A stretch of 39,319 nucleotides of DNA, taken from NCBI GenBank assembly GCA_031283575.1, contig JAITBL010000201.1, positions 1-39,319 on the forward strand, read 5' to 3'. Of this stretch, positions 8,508 to 17,380 are shown one piece after another. Position 1 is the stretch's first letter. Each line of letters opens with the position of its first letter. The notes under the pieces were generated by a model. It had not been told where the DNA came from. It made no database searches and was given only the letters and a program-made list of their open reading frames with translations. Position numbers and translations under genes: made by a program. This stretch comes from Treponema sp. Its GTDB lineage: Bacteria; Spirochaetota; Spirochaetia; Treponematales; Breznakiellaceae.

Positions 8508-9476
8508 TCAAGTACCCCCTGAAAGACAGGAACCAATCAAATCCCCTGCGCCGTTTAAGAAGGCCCGCCAGGGAAGAGCTTTTTTGGTCTGATACTGAAG
8601 GTATGAAACCGCAAGCACCCCGTCTCCTGTTTGTATCAGTATACCGAATTCCCTGTCCTTGCCCAAGACCTGGCCGGGGACAGGTCCGTTACCGGCCGCC
8701 TTACCGGCGTCAGCAAAAACTCCATTAATGCTTGCCTCCAGAATAATGATGGTCTTGCCCTTGTGGGCTGTCCGCGCCAGCGGCCAGGGGAAGCAGGCCC
8801 TGATCTGGGCGTCTATTTCCGCCGCGCTTTTGTTCCAGTCGATGATACCCCGCGCCCTATCCAGCAGGGTACAGTAACTGGCCTCGCCCTGCTGCGGCCG
8901 CCCCTCCAGGGCCGCCGCTCCTTCGCGGTCCAGCCGCGCGAGCAGTCCGGCCAACAGTCCCGCCCCCGCGGCGGCGGCCTTTTCGCTCAAAACGGCGGTG
9001 GTTTCCCTGCCGTTAAGGGGAATTTCCTGCCGGCAGAGCAGGTCCCCCTCGTCCATGCCGGGGGCCAGACGCTGGATCGTAACGCCGCTCAGCGTGTCGC
9101 GGCGGAAAATCGCCTCCTGCAAGGGGGAAGGGCCGCGGTATTTGGGAAGCAGTGACGGATGGATGTTGATTCCCCCCAAAGGAAAGAGGGCGAGAAATCG
9201 GGGGCCAAAGATGCGGCCGTAGGCAAAGGAAACGAGCAGATCCGGCCGCAGGGCGGCGACGGCCTCGCGGGCCTCCGCGCGCAGGGCGTCGAATTTCAGG
9301 ACGGGAATTCCCAGGCCGGCGGCCGCTTTGGCAACATCGCCGGGTTCCTCCCGCCCGCCGCGGCCCCGCGCGCTGTCGGGATTGGTCAGCGCCGCCGCCA
9401 AAACACAGGCGCTTTCGGAAGCGGCCTCAAGGGAGGGTACGGCAATGGCGGGGTTTCCGGCAAAGACAAGGCGCAT
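8508..9476 (-). CDS. fmt: methionyl-tRNA formyltransferase
   Basis: MRLVFAGNP N-terminus and the HPSLLPKYRG motif. The ATG at 9476 overlaps the def stop (TGATG). The track start at 9479 is a TTG one codon upstream. Confidence 0.9.
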   Translation of the reverse strand: MRLVFAGNPAIAVPSLEAASESACVLAAALTNPDSARGRGGREEPGDVAKAAAGLGIPVLKFDALRAEAREAVAALRPDLLVSFAYGRIFGPRFLALFPLGGINIHPSLLPKYRGPSPLQEAIFRRDTLSGVTIQRLAPGMDEGDLLCRQEIPLNGRETTAVLSEKAAAAGAGLLAGLLARLDREGAAALEGRPQQGEASYCTLLDRARGIIDWNKSAAEIDAQIRACFPWPLARTAHKGKTIIILEASINGVFADAGKAAGNGPVPGQVLGKDREFGILIQTGDGVLAVSYLQYQTKKALPWRAFLNGAGDLIGSCLSGGT

Positions 9477-10009
9477 CAAGCGCCCCTTGCCGTGGTTTTG
9501 TTTACTTTTTTGGCGGCCTGCCCCAGTTTGGCAAGGAGTTTGTTCCGCTTTACTTCGTTCACGCGGTCGATAAAGAGCACGCCCTCAAGATGATCGTATT
9601 CATGCTGAATAACGCGGGCAAGGATGCCCGAAACTTCGAGCGTAAAGGCGCGGCCCTTTTCGTTCCACGCCTGTATCCTGATTGACTGGGGCCGGATCAC
9701 CTCGGCCCAGAGGCCGGGCAGCGAAAGGCAGCCTTCTTCGTACTTTGCCTGCTCCTGGCTGGTCCAGATAATGGCCGGGTTGATAAAGACACGGAACTGG
9801 TCCCCTTCGGCATGGGTTACAAAAATACGCTGCAAAAGCCCCACCTGGGGCGCCGCCAGGCCCACCCCCTTGTCTTTTTCCATGAGGCGCCGCATTTCCG
9901 TCACGGTTTCGCGGATTTTGTCGTTAATGTCCCTGACGGGCCCGGCCTTTTGCCGTAACGTTTTGTCGCCCGGGGCATCGTCACAATGCGCGAAATGAAT
10001 CACTTCCAT
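9476..10009 (-). CDS. def: peptide deformylase
   Basis: Motifs GVGLAAPQVG, EGCLSLPG and QHEYDHLEG. The real start is the internal ATG (MEVIHF...) at 10009. The longer 383-aa track ORF runs antisense into ppx. Confidence 0.9.
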   Translation of the reverse strand: MEVIHFAHCDDAPGDKTLRQKAGPVRDINDKIRETVTEMRRLMEKDKGVGLAAPQVGLLQRIFVTHAEGDQFRVFINPAIIWTSQEQAKYEEGCLSLPGLWAEVIRPQSIRIQAWNEKGRAFTLEVSGILARVIQHEYDHLEGVLFIDRVNEVKRNKLLAKLGQAAKKVNKTTARGA

Positions 10010-10094
10010 GTCCAGATAATAGCGGAAAAACACGGACAGGACAAGAAATCGCGGAAATACGCGCAGGCGGAAAAACCCAAACCGGCCGGTCGCT

Positions 10095-10122
10095 TTTACA
10101 AGTCCCCGTTCCCCGCTATACT
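10095..10122 (+). promoter_or_regulatory. sigma-70-type promoter TTTACA-16-TATACT, 7 nt before the ppx ATG (leaderless geometry)
   Basis: TTTACA at 10095-10100, TATACT at 10117-10122, ATG at 10130, with no SD between them. Confidence 0.5.
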
Positions 10123-10129
10123 TTAGCTG

Positions 10130-11662
10130 ATGAAACCCGCAGCGAATCCTTCCGCGGTAATTGAAATCGGCTCCACCGGCATCAGACTTCTCGTTGCCGA
10201 ATACAGCGAGGGGGAACTGCGCGTTCTCGATCAGGCGGGAAAGGCGGCGGCCCTGGGACGGGACGTGTTTACTTCCGGCGCGGTAAGCCGCGAGAGTTTT
10301 TTGGAATGTCTGTCCGTGCTGCAGGGCTTTCGCGAGCAGATGGGCGCCTGGGGAATCGGCAACGATTCCATTCACGTGATCGCCACCAGCGCCGTCCGGG
10401 CCGCGCGGAACCGCGACATTTTTACCGACCGCCTCCGCCGCGAAACGGGGCTTCCCGTTACGGTTATCGAGGGAATCGAGGAAAACCGGCTTATGTACCT
10501 TGCGGTACGTTTTGCCCTCAAGCACGAAATTCCCCGCTTTTGGCGGGCCGCGGCGATGATACTCGATGTCGGCGGCGGTTCCACCGAAATCATGTTTCTG
10601 CGCCGGGGAAAAATGGCGGCGGCCCATTCAATACGCCTGGGCACCATTCTGGTAGACGAAAAAAGCCGGCGCGGCGCTTCGGCCCTTTCGATGGATCGCT
10701 ACCTTAACGAAAATGTCCGCAATACCCTGGACTTTCTTAATGACGAGATGGAACTTTCCCATATCAGCATATTGGCCGCTACCGGCTCCGACGCGCGGCA
10801 CGCGGCGCGGCAGATTGGGCGGAAACTGAACGAACACTGCAGCATTATCGACCGCGAAGATTTTCTTTCTTTTGTCAAAAAAATTAAAAACGATACCGTC
10901 GAAGACAGCGTACGCAAATTTCACATCCCCTATGCCGACGCCGAAGGCTTTGTGCCCGGCATGCTTTTGTACCGGACTTTTCTTGAGCGCATCGCGGCCG
11001 GGGAAGTCGTGGTGCCGGACATCTCGGTACGCGAAGGTTACCTGATCGATCTCGCGCTGGGCGTTGACCGCGGACTACAGCGTGACTTTGCCGCCCAGAT
11101 CATCGCGTCGGCGGTGAATCTGGGGCGGCGCTTCCGCTTTGACGAGGAGCACAGCCGCCATGTCGCGGACCTTTCGCTTACCCTGTTTGACGCGCTTCTT
11201 CGTGAACACGGCATGGAAGGCCGCGAACGCATCCTGCTGGAAACGGCCGCCCTGCTCCACGACATAGGCATGTTTATACGGGGTTCCGGCCACCAGAGAC
11301 ACGGCCAGTACATCGTAAGCCATTCGGAAATCTTCGGCCTGCGCCAGGAGGATCTTGATATTATCGGCAACGTGATCCGTTATCACCGCGCCGAGCCGCC
11401 GAACCCCGCCGATATCGAGTACCTTGCCCTTCAGCGTGAAGAGCAGATCATGGTGCTTAAACTGGCGGGCATACTCCGTGTGGCCGACGCCCTCGATCGG
11501 GGCCATTCACACCGGATCAGCGCGATCAGCGTCGAGAAAAAAAGCGAAGCCCTGATCCTGCGGACCGGCGAGTCCTTCGATTTGTCCCTTGAACAAATCG
11601 GACTTGGCGAAAAGGCGGGGCTTTTTGAGGATGTTTTCGGATACAGGGTGCTCCTTCAATGA
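10130..11662 (+). CDS. ppx: Ppx/GppA-family exopolyphosphatase with C-terminal HD domain
   Basis: ASKHA-fold N-terminus (VIEIGSTGIRLLV, LDVGGGSTE) and an HD region (LLHDIGMFI...HQRHG). Adjacent to ppk. Confidence 0.85.
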   Translation: MKPAANPSAVIEIGSTGIRLLVAEYSEGELRVLDQAGKAAALGRDVFTSGAVSRESFLECLSVLQGFREQMGAWGIGNDSIHVIATSAVRAARNRDIFTDRLRRETGLPVTVIEGIEENRLMYLAVRFALKHEIPRFWRAAAMILDVGGGSTEIMFLRRGKMAAAHSIRLGTILVDEKSRRGASALSMDRYLNENVRNTLDFLNDEMELSHISILAATGSDARHAARQIGRKLNEHCSIIDREDFLSFVKKIKNDTVEDSVRKFHIPYADAEGFVPGMLLYRTFLERIAAGEVVVPDISVREGYLIDLALGVDRGLQRDFAAQIIASAVNLGRRFRFDEEHSRHVADLSLTLFDALLREHGMEGRERILLETAALLHDIGMFIRGSGHQRHGQYIVSHSEIFGLRQEDLDIIGNVIRYHRAEPPNPADIEYLALQREEQIMVLKLAGILRVADALDRGHSHRISAISVEKKSEALILRTGESFDLSLEQIGLGEKAGLFEDVFGYRVLLQ

Positions 11663-11705
11663 ACCGCGGGGCAGGGCATTAAACCAGACTTTCGAACAGG
11701 AATTG

Positions 11706-11714
11706 TGTTATACT
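11706..11714 (+). promoter_or_regulatory. extended -10 (TGtTATACT) just upstream of ppk
   Basis: TGT-TATACT at 11706-11714. ATG codons at 11719 and 11722; the second lies exactly 7 nt after the -10. No SD. Confidence 0.45.
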
Positions 11715-11718
11715 CGCC

Positions 11719-13857
11719 ATGATGGATACAGCGTTGGTAAATAGGGCAAGTCCGTTGTTTTTTAACCGTGAACTCTCGTGGATCGATTTTAACGCCCGTG
11801 TTCTCGAAGAAGCGCTGCGAAGCGATCTGCCGCCGCTGGAACGGCTTCGCTTTGTCGCCATTGCTTCTTCCAATCTGGATGAATTTTTTATGGTGCGCAT
11901 GGCCGCCCTAAAGCGGGCCGCGAGGCACAGCCCGGGCGAAAAGGATGAGGCGGAAACTGCCGCCGCGGCCCGGGACCTGGGCCCGCGGGAAACGCTGGGG
12001 GCGGCGGCGGTAAAAATCCGCTCCCTGCTCGCGCGGCTCTATGCCTGCCTTAACGGCGAAATACTTCCCGCCCTTGAAAAGGGCGGCATGCTTTTTCTCC
12101 GGCCGCCCTTTCAGGAGGCGGAAGAGGAATATTTACATTCATTTTTTTTGCGGGAAGCCGCGCCGGTGCTGACGCCGTTGCGCCTTGAGGAAGAAGCGCC
12201 GCAAATCGCCAACGGCAGGGTTTACGGCGCTTTTTTGCTGCGTCCGACCCACGCCGCGGATGTTCCGGTTTCCGCCGCGCCTGTCGCCGTGGTGGAAATT
12301 CCGCCGGTACTGGATCGCGTTGTCCGCCTGGAATCTTCCGGCACGGTTCTGCGCTGGGCCCTGCTCGACGATTTGCTGTTATGCTGGGGCGGCGCGTTCT
12401 TTCCCGGTTATCACGTCGTGGAAAGCATGATCTTCCGTGTTCACCGCGACGCCGATTTTTCGGTGGACGAAAGACGGGACGAAGACTTTATCGAAGCCAT
12501 GGAAGAAGTGCTCGCCGGCCGCGAAAAATCCCGCGCCGTGCGTATGGCCTATTCCGCCGAAGGCGTTCTTAAGGAACGCCTTGCCGCCTCGCTCAAGCTT
12601 GAGGCGGAGGACCTCTACTTTGTTGACGGACCGCTCAGTCTGGCGAGTTTTTGGAGCCTGCTGAAGGTTGAGGGATTTGACAAACTGAAGGCGCGGCCCT
12701 TACGCCATTATCCCCATCCCGCCTTTTCCGCGGACGAATCGATCTTTGACACGCTGCGCAAGGGCGACGTACTGCTTACCCTTCCCTACCATTCGTTTGA
12801 TCCGGTGGTGCGTTTTTTTGAGGAAGCCGCTTCGGATCCCCGGGTGGTGTCGATCAAAACGGCGCTCTACCGCACCAGCGGAGATTCGCCGGTGATCCGC
12901 GCCCTGGAACAGGCGGCCCTTAACGGAAAGCATGTTACCGCCGTCGTGGAACTCAAGGCGCGCTTTGACGAGGAACGCAACATCATTTGGGCAAACCGTC
13001 TGGAAAGGGCCGGCGTCATTGTCGTGTACGGTCTGGCCAGGCTCAAGGTACACGCCAAGACAAGCCAGATAATCCGGCGCGAACAGGGGGGACTGCGCCG
13101 TTATATTCACCTCTCCACGGGAAACTACAACGACAAAACAGCCCGCCTCTACAGCGACCTTTCCCTTTTTACCGTTCAGGACGAAATCGGCGCCGACGTT
13201 ACGCAAATCTTCAATCTGCTCACCGCGTATTCAAACCTCGCGTCAATGAAAAAACTTGTTCTCGCTCCCACGGCCCTTAAAACAAAACTGCTTGATCTGA
13301 TCAACCGTGAAGCGAAACGGGCCAGGGAAGGGGCGCCGGGAAAGATCATGGCGAAGATGAACGCCCTCGTTGACCGCGATATGATAGAAGCCCTCTATCG
13401 CGCCTCGCGGGAGGGAGTAAAAATTCTGCTCAATGTGCGGGGAATCTGTACCGCCGTCCCCGGCGTCCCCGGCCTTTCCGAAAACATCCGCGTCGTGAGC
13501 ATTGTGGGCCATTATCTGGAACATTCCCGCATCATCTACTGTAACAACGGCGGCGCCGAAGAAGTATTTATTTCCAGCTCCGACTGGATGCCCCGCAATC
13601 TGGAACGGAGGGTGGAGCTGCTCATTCCCCTTCTTGATGAAAAAATCAAAAGCGAAGTAAAGGAAATTCTTGAATCCTATTTTAAGGATAACGTCCAGTC
13701 GTGGATGCTCGAAAGTTCCGGCGTCTGGAAACGTCTTGGCGCGGAAGGCGGCGAACTCTTCGAGGTACAGAAGTACCTGTCAAAACGGGCGGCCCGCGAG
13801 GAACCCCGCCCGCAAAATGAATTTGTCGTGCGCCGCAGACAGCCGCCGGAACGCTGA
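11719..13857 (+). CDS. ppk1: polyphosphate kinase 1
   Basis: FFNRELSWIDFNARVLEEA N-terminus, the histidine region LKVHAKTSQI, and two PLD-like C-terminal domains. The start could be the second ATG at 11722. Confidence 0.92.
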   Translation: MMDTALVNRASPLFFNRELSWIDFNARVLEEALRSDLPPLERLRFVAIASSNLDEFFMVRMAALKRAARHSPGEKDEAETAAAARDLGPRETLGAAAVKIRSLLARLYACLNGEILPALEKGGMLFLRPPFQEAEEEYLHSFFLREAAPVLTPLRLEEEAPQIANGRVYGAFLLRPTHAADVPVSAAPVAVVEIPPVLDRVVRLESSGTVLRWALLDDLLLCWGGAFFPGYHVVESMIFRVHRDADFSVDERRDEDFIEAMEEVLAGREKSRAVRMAYSAEGVLKERLAASLKLEAEDLYFVDGPLSLASFWSLLKVEGFDKLKARPLRHYPHPAFSADESIFDTLRKGDVLLTLPYHSFDPVVRFFEEAASDPRVVSIKTALYRTSGDSPVIRALEQAALNGKHVTAVVELKARFDEERNIIWANRLERAGVIVVYGLARLKVHAKTSQIIRREQGGLRRYIHLSTGNYNDKTARLYSDLSLFTVQDEIGADVTQIFNLLTAYSNLASMKKLVLAPTALKTKLLDLINREAKRAREGAPGKIMAKMNALVDRDMIEALYRASREGVKILLNVRGICTAVPGVPGLSENIRVVSIVGHYLEHSRIIYCNNGGAEEVFISSSDWMPRNLERRVELLIPLLDEKIKSEVKEILESYFKDNVQSWMLESSGVWKRLGAEGGELFEVQKYLSKRAAREEPRPQNEFVVRRRQPPER

Positions 13858-13859
13858 CG

Positions 13860-15203
13860 GTGAAACGAATCATACTCAAGCGGGGTGAAGAAGACCGTAT
13901 TCTCGCCGGTCATCCCTGGGTTTACGACAACGAAATCGATCGGGTGCTTGACGGAACAGGCGCGGCAAAGGCGGCGCGGCTTGAAGCGGGGGAATGCGCC
14001 GATGTCGAAGCCGTCGAGCGCGGCAGGCCCCGCTATCTGGGGCGGGCTATCGTCAACCCCGCCTCGAAAATTACCGCCCGTATTTACAGCCGTTCAAAAG
14101 AAGGCCTTGACAAGGGTTTTTTCAAGCGCCGCCTCCGCGAGGCAATAGCGCGGCGCGAGGCCGCGGGTTACAACCTGCGCCGCGATTCCGCGCGGCTGGT
14201 TTTTGCCGAAGCGGATTTTTTGCCGGGGCTTGTCATTGATCGCTATGTGGGAGTAAGCGCGCCGCATTCCGGCGAAACGCAATCATGGCTTGTCATACAA
14301 TTTCTCGCCTGGGGCATGGACGCGCGGCGGGATATGATACTTGCGGCGCTCGCTGAAGTATGCGCCGCGTATCCGCCCGCTCCCCCGTTCATTGTCGAAA
14401 AGGACGCGCCGGTAAGGGAACTGGAAGGGCTTCCGCCGGCCGTTACGCCGGAGCGTATTCCCGAAATCATCATACGCGAAAACGGCCTTGATTTTTTTGC
14501 CGATCTTTCGGGCGGCCAAAAAACGGGATACTTCCTTGATCAGCGCGGCAACCGCCGGCTGGCCGCCCGCTATGCCGCCGCCCTTTCGGGCGGCCGCTTT
14601 CTCCGCGGGGAAAGCGGCGCTGCGTCCGGCGGCCATGAAGCGCCCCTGCGCATTCTCGACTGCTTTTCGTATACGGGCGGCTTTGCGCTGGCGGCGGCAA
14701 AATCCGCGCTCGCCGCGGCCGAATTTTCCGGCGCGGGGCCGGAGGCGAAAATAGAAGTTACCGCCGTCGACTCGTCGCCGCCGGCCCTGACCCTGGCGCG
14801 GAGAAACGCCGCCCTTAACGGCATCGAACTGCGTACGGCGGAAGCCGATGTGTTCGAATTTCTCAGGGGCGAAGGGCGGCGCAAAGCCAAATACGATCTG
14901 ATCATCCTTGACCCGCCGGCCTTTGCCAAAACCAGACAGGCCCTGGAAGCCGCGCTGCGCGGCTACAGGGAGATCAATCTGCGGGCGATGAATTTGCTGT
15001 CAAAGGGCGGCGTACTGATTTCATCTTCCTGTAGTCAGGCGGTCGATGAAGGCGCCTTCAAACGAATGATAAACGAAGCCGCGGCGGACGCCGGACGCAC
15101 GCTCATACAGGGAGATTTTCGCTGTCAGGCCGCCGATCATCCGATTCTCGTAGGGTACGGCGAATCCTGCTATCTCAAGTGCGGCTTTTACCGGGTTCTT
15201 TAG
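13860..15203 (+). CDS. rlmI: PUA-domain class I SAM-dependent rRNA methyltransferase (RlmI-like)
   Basis: N-terminus ILKRGEEDRILAGHPWVYDNEI (PUA-like) and the C-terminal MTase motif [14 protein letters not shown] start 2 nt after the ppk stop. Confidence 0.75.
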   Translation: MKRIILKRGEEDRILAGHPWVYDNEIDRVLDGTGAAKAARLEAGECADVEAVERGRPRYLGRAIVNPASKITARIYSRSKEGLDKGFFKRRLREAIARREAAGYNLRRDSARLVFAEADFLPGLVIDRYVGVSAPHSGETQSWLVIQFLAWGMDARRDMILAALAEVCAAYPPAPPFIVEKDAPVRELEGLPPAVTPERIPEIIIRENGLDFFADLSGGQKTGYFLDQRGNRRLAARYAAALSGGRFLRGESGAASGGHEAPLRILDCFSYTGGFALAAAKSALAAAEFSGAGPEAKIEVTAVDSSPPALTLARRNAALNGIELRTAEADVFEFLRGEGRRKAKYDLIILDPPAFAKTRQALEAALRGYREINLRAMNLLSKGGVLISSSCSQAVDEGAFKRMINEAAADAGRTLIQGDFRCQAADHPILVGYGESCYLKCGFYRVL

Positions 15204-15204
15204 G

Positions 15205-15252
15205 TTGTCAATCTGTCAAGAGCGGCATTTGTCAATAGAGACATCTGTCAAT
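15205..15252 (+). promoter_or_regulatory. four direct copies of TGTCAA(T/G) in the 64-bp gap upstream of the antiporter gene
   Basis: TTGTCAAT 15205-15212, CTGTCAAG 15213-15220, TTGTCAAT 15229-15236, CTGTCAAT 15245-15252. The last copy forms TGtCAATAT (extended -10-like) ahead of the GAGGAG SD. Confidence 0.6.
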
Positions 15253-15267
15253 ATCGAGGAGAATACG

Positions 15268-17367
15268 ATGAATGTAAGCGAAGCAATGGCGGGCCTCGCC
15301 CTGCAGATTGGAGTGATTTTATTTGCGGTGCGGCTGGGCGGAAGGCTGGTAAAAAAAGCCGGCGTCCCCGGCGTGTTGGGCGAACTGCTCGCCGGCGCCG
15401 TCATCGGGCCCTACGCGCTGGGCGGCATTCCCTTCCCCGGCTTTTCCGCAGGGCTTTTTCCCCTTGGCAAGGCGCTGGAAACAAGCGGAGGCGCTTTGGC
15501 GGTAAGCCCCGAACTCTACGCCTTCGCGTCGGTCGCGTCGGTCATTCTGCTTTTTTCATCGGGACTCGAAACGGACCTGGGGCTTTTTCTCCGTTATTCC
15601 GTGGCGGGCGGCATTATCGGCATAGGCGGCGTGGCCGTTTCCTTCGCGCTGGGCGCCGTCAGCGGAATAACGCTGCTGGGACTGCCGTTTATGGATCCCC
15701 GCTGCCTCTTTTTGGGAATTCTTTCCACGGCAACCTCCGTGGGAATAACCGCCCGCATTTTGCGGGATCAGAAAAAAATGGATTCGCCGGAAGGAGTTAC
15801 GATACTGGCGGCGGCGGTGTTCGACGACGTACTGGGAATCATCGCGCTGGCCGTGGTGCTGGGCGTTGTCGCGGTACTCTCCGGCGCGGGTTCCGGCGGC
15901 CTTTCCGCTTCGGGCATTCTTGCCATCGCGGGCAAGGCGTTCGGTATCTGGCTTGGCTTTACCGCGCTGGGCCTTGCCTTTTCAAAACAGCTCGGTGAAT
16001 TTTTAAAATTGTTCAAAACAAGTTTTGATTTTTCCATTCTCGCCCTGGGCATCGCCCTGCTTCTTGCCGGCCTTTTTGAAAAGCAGGGCCTGGCGATGAT
16101 CATCGGCGCCTATGTGTCGGGAATGTCCCTTTCCAAAACCGACATCGCGGCAGTGATACAGGAACGGCTTCGATCGCTCTACGAATTTTTTGTCCCGATT
16201 TTTTTTGCCGTCATGGGAATGATGGTGAATGTGAAAGAAATTTTTTCGCCGCCCGTATTAATTTTCGGCGCCGTCTATACGCTCCTCGCCATAGCGGCGA
16301 AGCTGGCCGGCTGCGGATTTCCCGCGCTCGCGCTGGGCTTTAACGGCAGGGGCGCCCTCCGTATCGGTGCGGGCATGGTTCCCCGCGGCGAAGTCGCCCT
16401 GATCATCGCCGGCATAGGTTTGGCGGCGGGTATTTTGGACAACCGTATCTTTGCCGGCATCATCCTGATGACCCTGGTTACCACGCTGGCCGCGCCGCCG
16501 CTGCTTTCGGCTTTTTTACGCCTGCCAGGATCGGGGACCCGCAGGCCGGTCAGGGACGAAGACAGTTCCCAGAGCGTATGGGACTTTGGCTCGGACGAAA
16601 TCGCCGACCTTGTTACCGACAGCCTCCTTAAGGATCTCCGTTCCGAGGGCTTTTATGTACAGATAATGAACATGGACGAGGGCCTTTCCCAGGCGCGAAA
16701 AAACGACATCGTCCTTGCCATCGCGCGAAAAGACAATGCCCTTGCCATAGAAACCCTCAGCGCCGACATGCCCCTGGTAAAAACGGCCGTCTACGAAGTG
16801 ATCCTGCGCCTTAATGACACGATACAAAAACTCAAGGACTCCTCGAATCCGCATGAATTAAAAAAAGAAATCGCCGGCCTTGAGGGCCGTACCGAAGAGG
16901 GCGTCCTCTCGCTCATTACCCCGTCGCTGATAAACCTCGACCTGAAGGGTGAAAGCAAAAACGAAATTATCACCGAACTGGTTGATCTGCTCTCCTCGCA
17001 CGGAAAACTCCTTGACCGCGATGAGGTACTGAAAGCCGTCCTGCAGCGTGAAGCTTCGATGAGTACCGGCATGGAACACGGCATTGCCCTGCCCCACGCC
17101 AAAACCGGCGGCGTGGACGATATCTGCGTTGCCGTGGGCGTCAAGAAAGCGGGCGTTGATTTTGGCTCCATTGACGGGGAAAAATCCCGCCTCTTTATCA
17201 TGGTGATTTCGCCGAAAAAAGTTTCGGGGCCCCACATTCAGTTTTTGGCGGCCATCGGCGCCGTCCTGCGCGACGACATACTCCGCGAGGGGGTTATCGC
17301 GTCGGATTCGCGGGACGAAGCGGCCATGTTGCTGCGCAGCGTGAAGATTCCGCTTAAAGCGCCATGA
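15268..17367 (+). CDS. CPA2-type cation/proton antiporter fused to a C-terminal PTS EIIA (PtsN/fructose-type) domain
   Basis: About 12 TM helices with a Na+/H+-exchanger-like N-terminus (LGELLAGAVIGPYALGG). The C-terminal roughly 150 aa carry the EIIA motif GIALPHAKTGGV. ATG at 15268 is preceded by GAGGAG. The TTG at 15205 in the track is unlikely. Confidence 0.8.
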   Translation: MNVSEAMAGLALQIGVILFAVRLGGRLVKKAGVPGVLGELLAGAVIGPYALGGIPFPGFSAGLFPLGKALETSGGALAVSPELYAFASVASVILLFSSGLETDLGLFLRYSVAGGIIGIGGVAVSFALGAVSGITLLGLPFMDPRCLFLGILSTATSVGITARILRDQKKMDSPEGVTILAAAVFDDVLGIIALAVVLGVVAVLSGAGSGGLSASGILAIAGKAFGIWLGFTALGLAFSKQLGEFLKLFKTSFDFSILALGIALLLAGLFEKQGLAMIIGAYVSGMSLSKTDIAAVIQERLRSLYEFFVPIFFAVMGMMVNVKEIFSPPVLIFGAVYTLLAIAAKLAGCGFPALALGFNGRGALRIGAGMVPRGEVALIIAGIGLAAGILDNRIFAGIILMTLVTTLAAPPLLSAFLRLPGSGTRRPVRDEDSSQSVWDFGSDEIADLVTDSLLKDLRSEGFYVQIMNMDEGLSQARKNDIVLAIARKDNALAIETLSADMPLVKTAVYEVILRLNDTIQKLKDSSNPHELKKEIAGLEGRTEEGVLSLITPSLINLDLKGESKNEIITELVDLLSSHGKLLDRDEVLKAVLQREASMSTGMEHGIALPHAKTGGVDDICVAVGVKKAGVDFGSIDGEKSRLFIMVISPKKVSGPHIQFLAAIGAVLRDDILREGVIASDSRDEAAMLLRSVKIPLKAP

Positions 17368-17380
17368 GCGGACGCTTGCC

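Noticed and set aside
10010-10627. N-terminal extension of the def ORF (383-aa version)
   Set aside because: The extension is antisense to ppx and has no deformylase similarity. The conserved Def sequence begins at the internal ATG (MEVIHF) at 10009.
15205-15267. TTG start at 15205 for the antiporter
   Set aside because: It would begin 1 nt after the upstream stop and translate the TGTCAA repeat region. The ATG at 15268 has a GAGGAG SD and gives a typical antiporter N-terminus.
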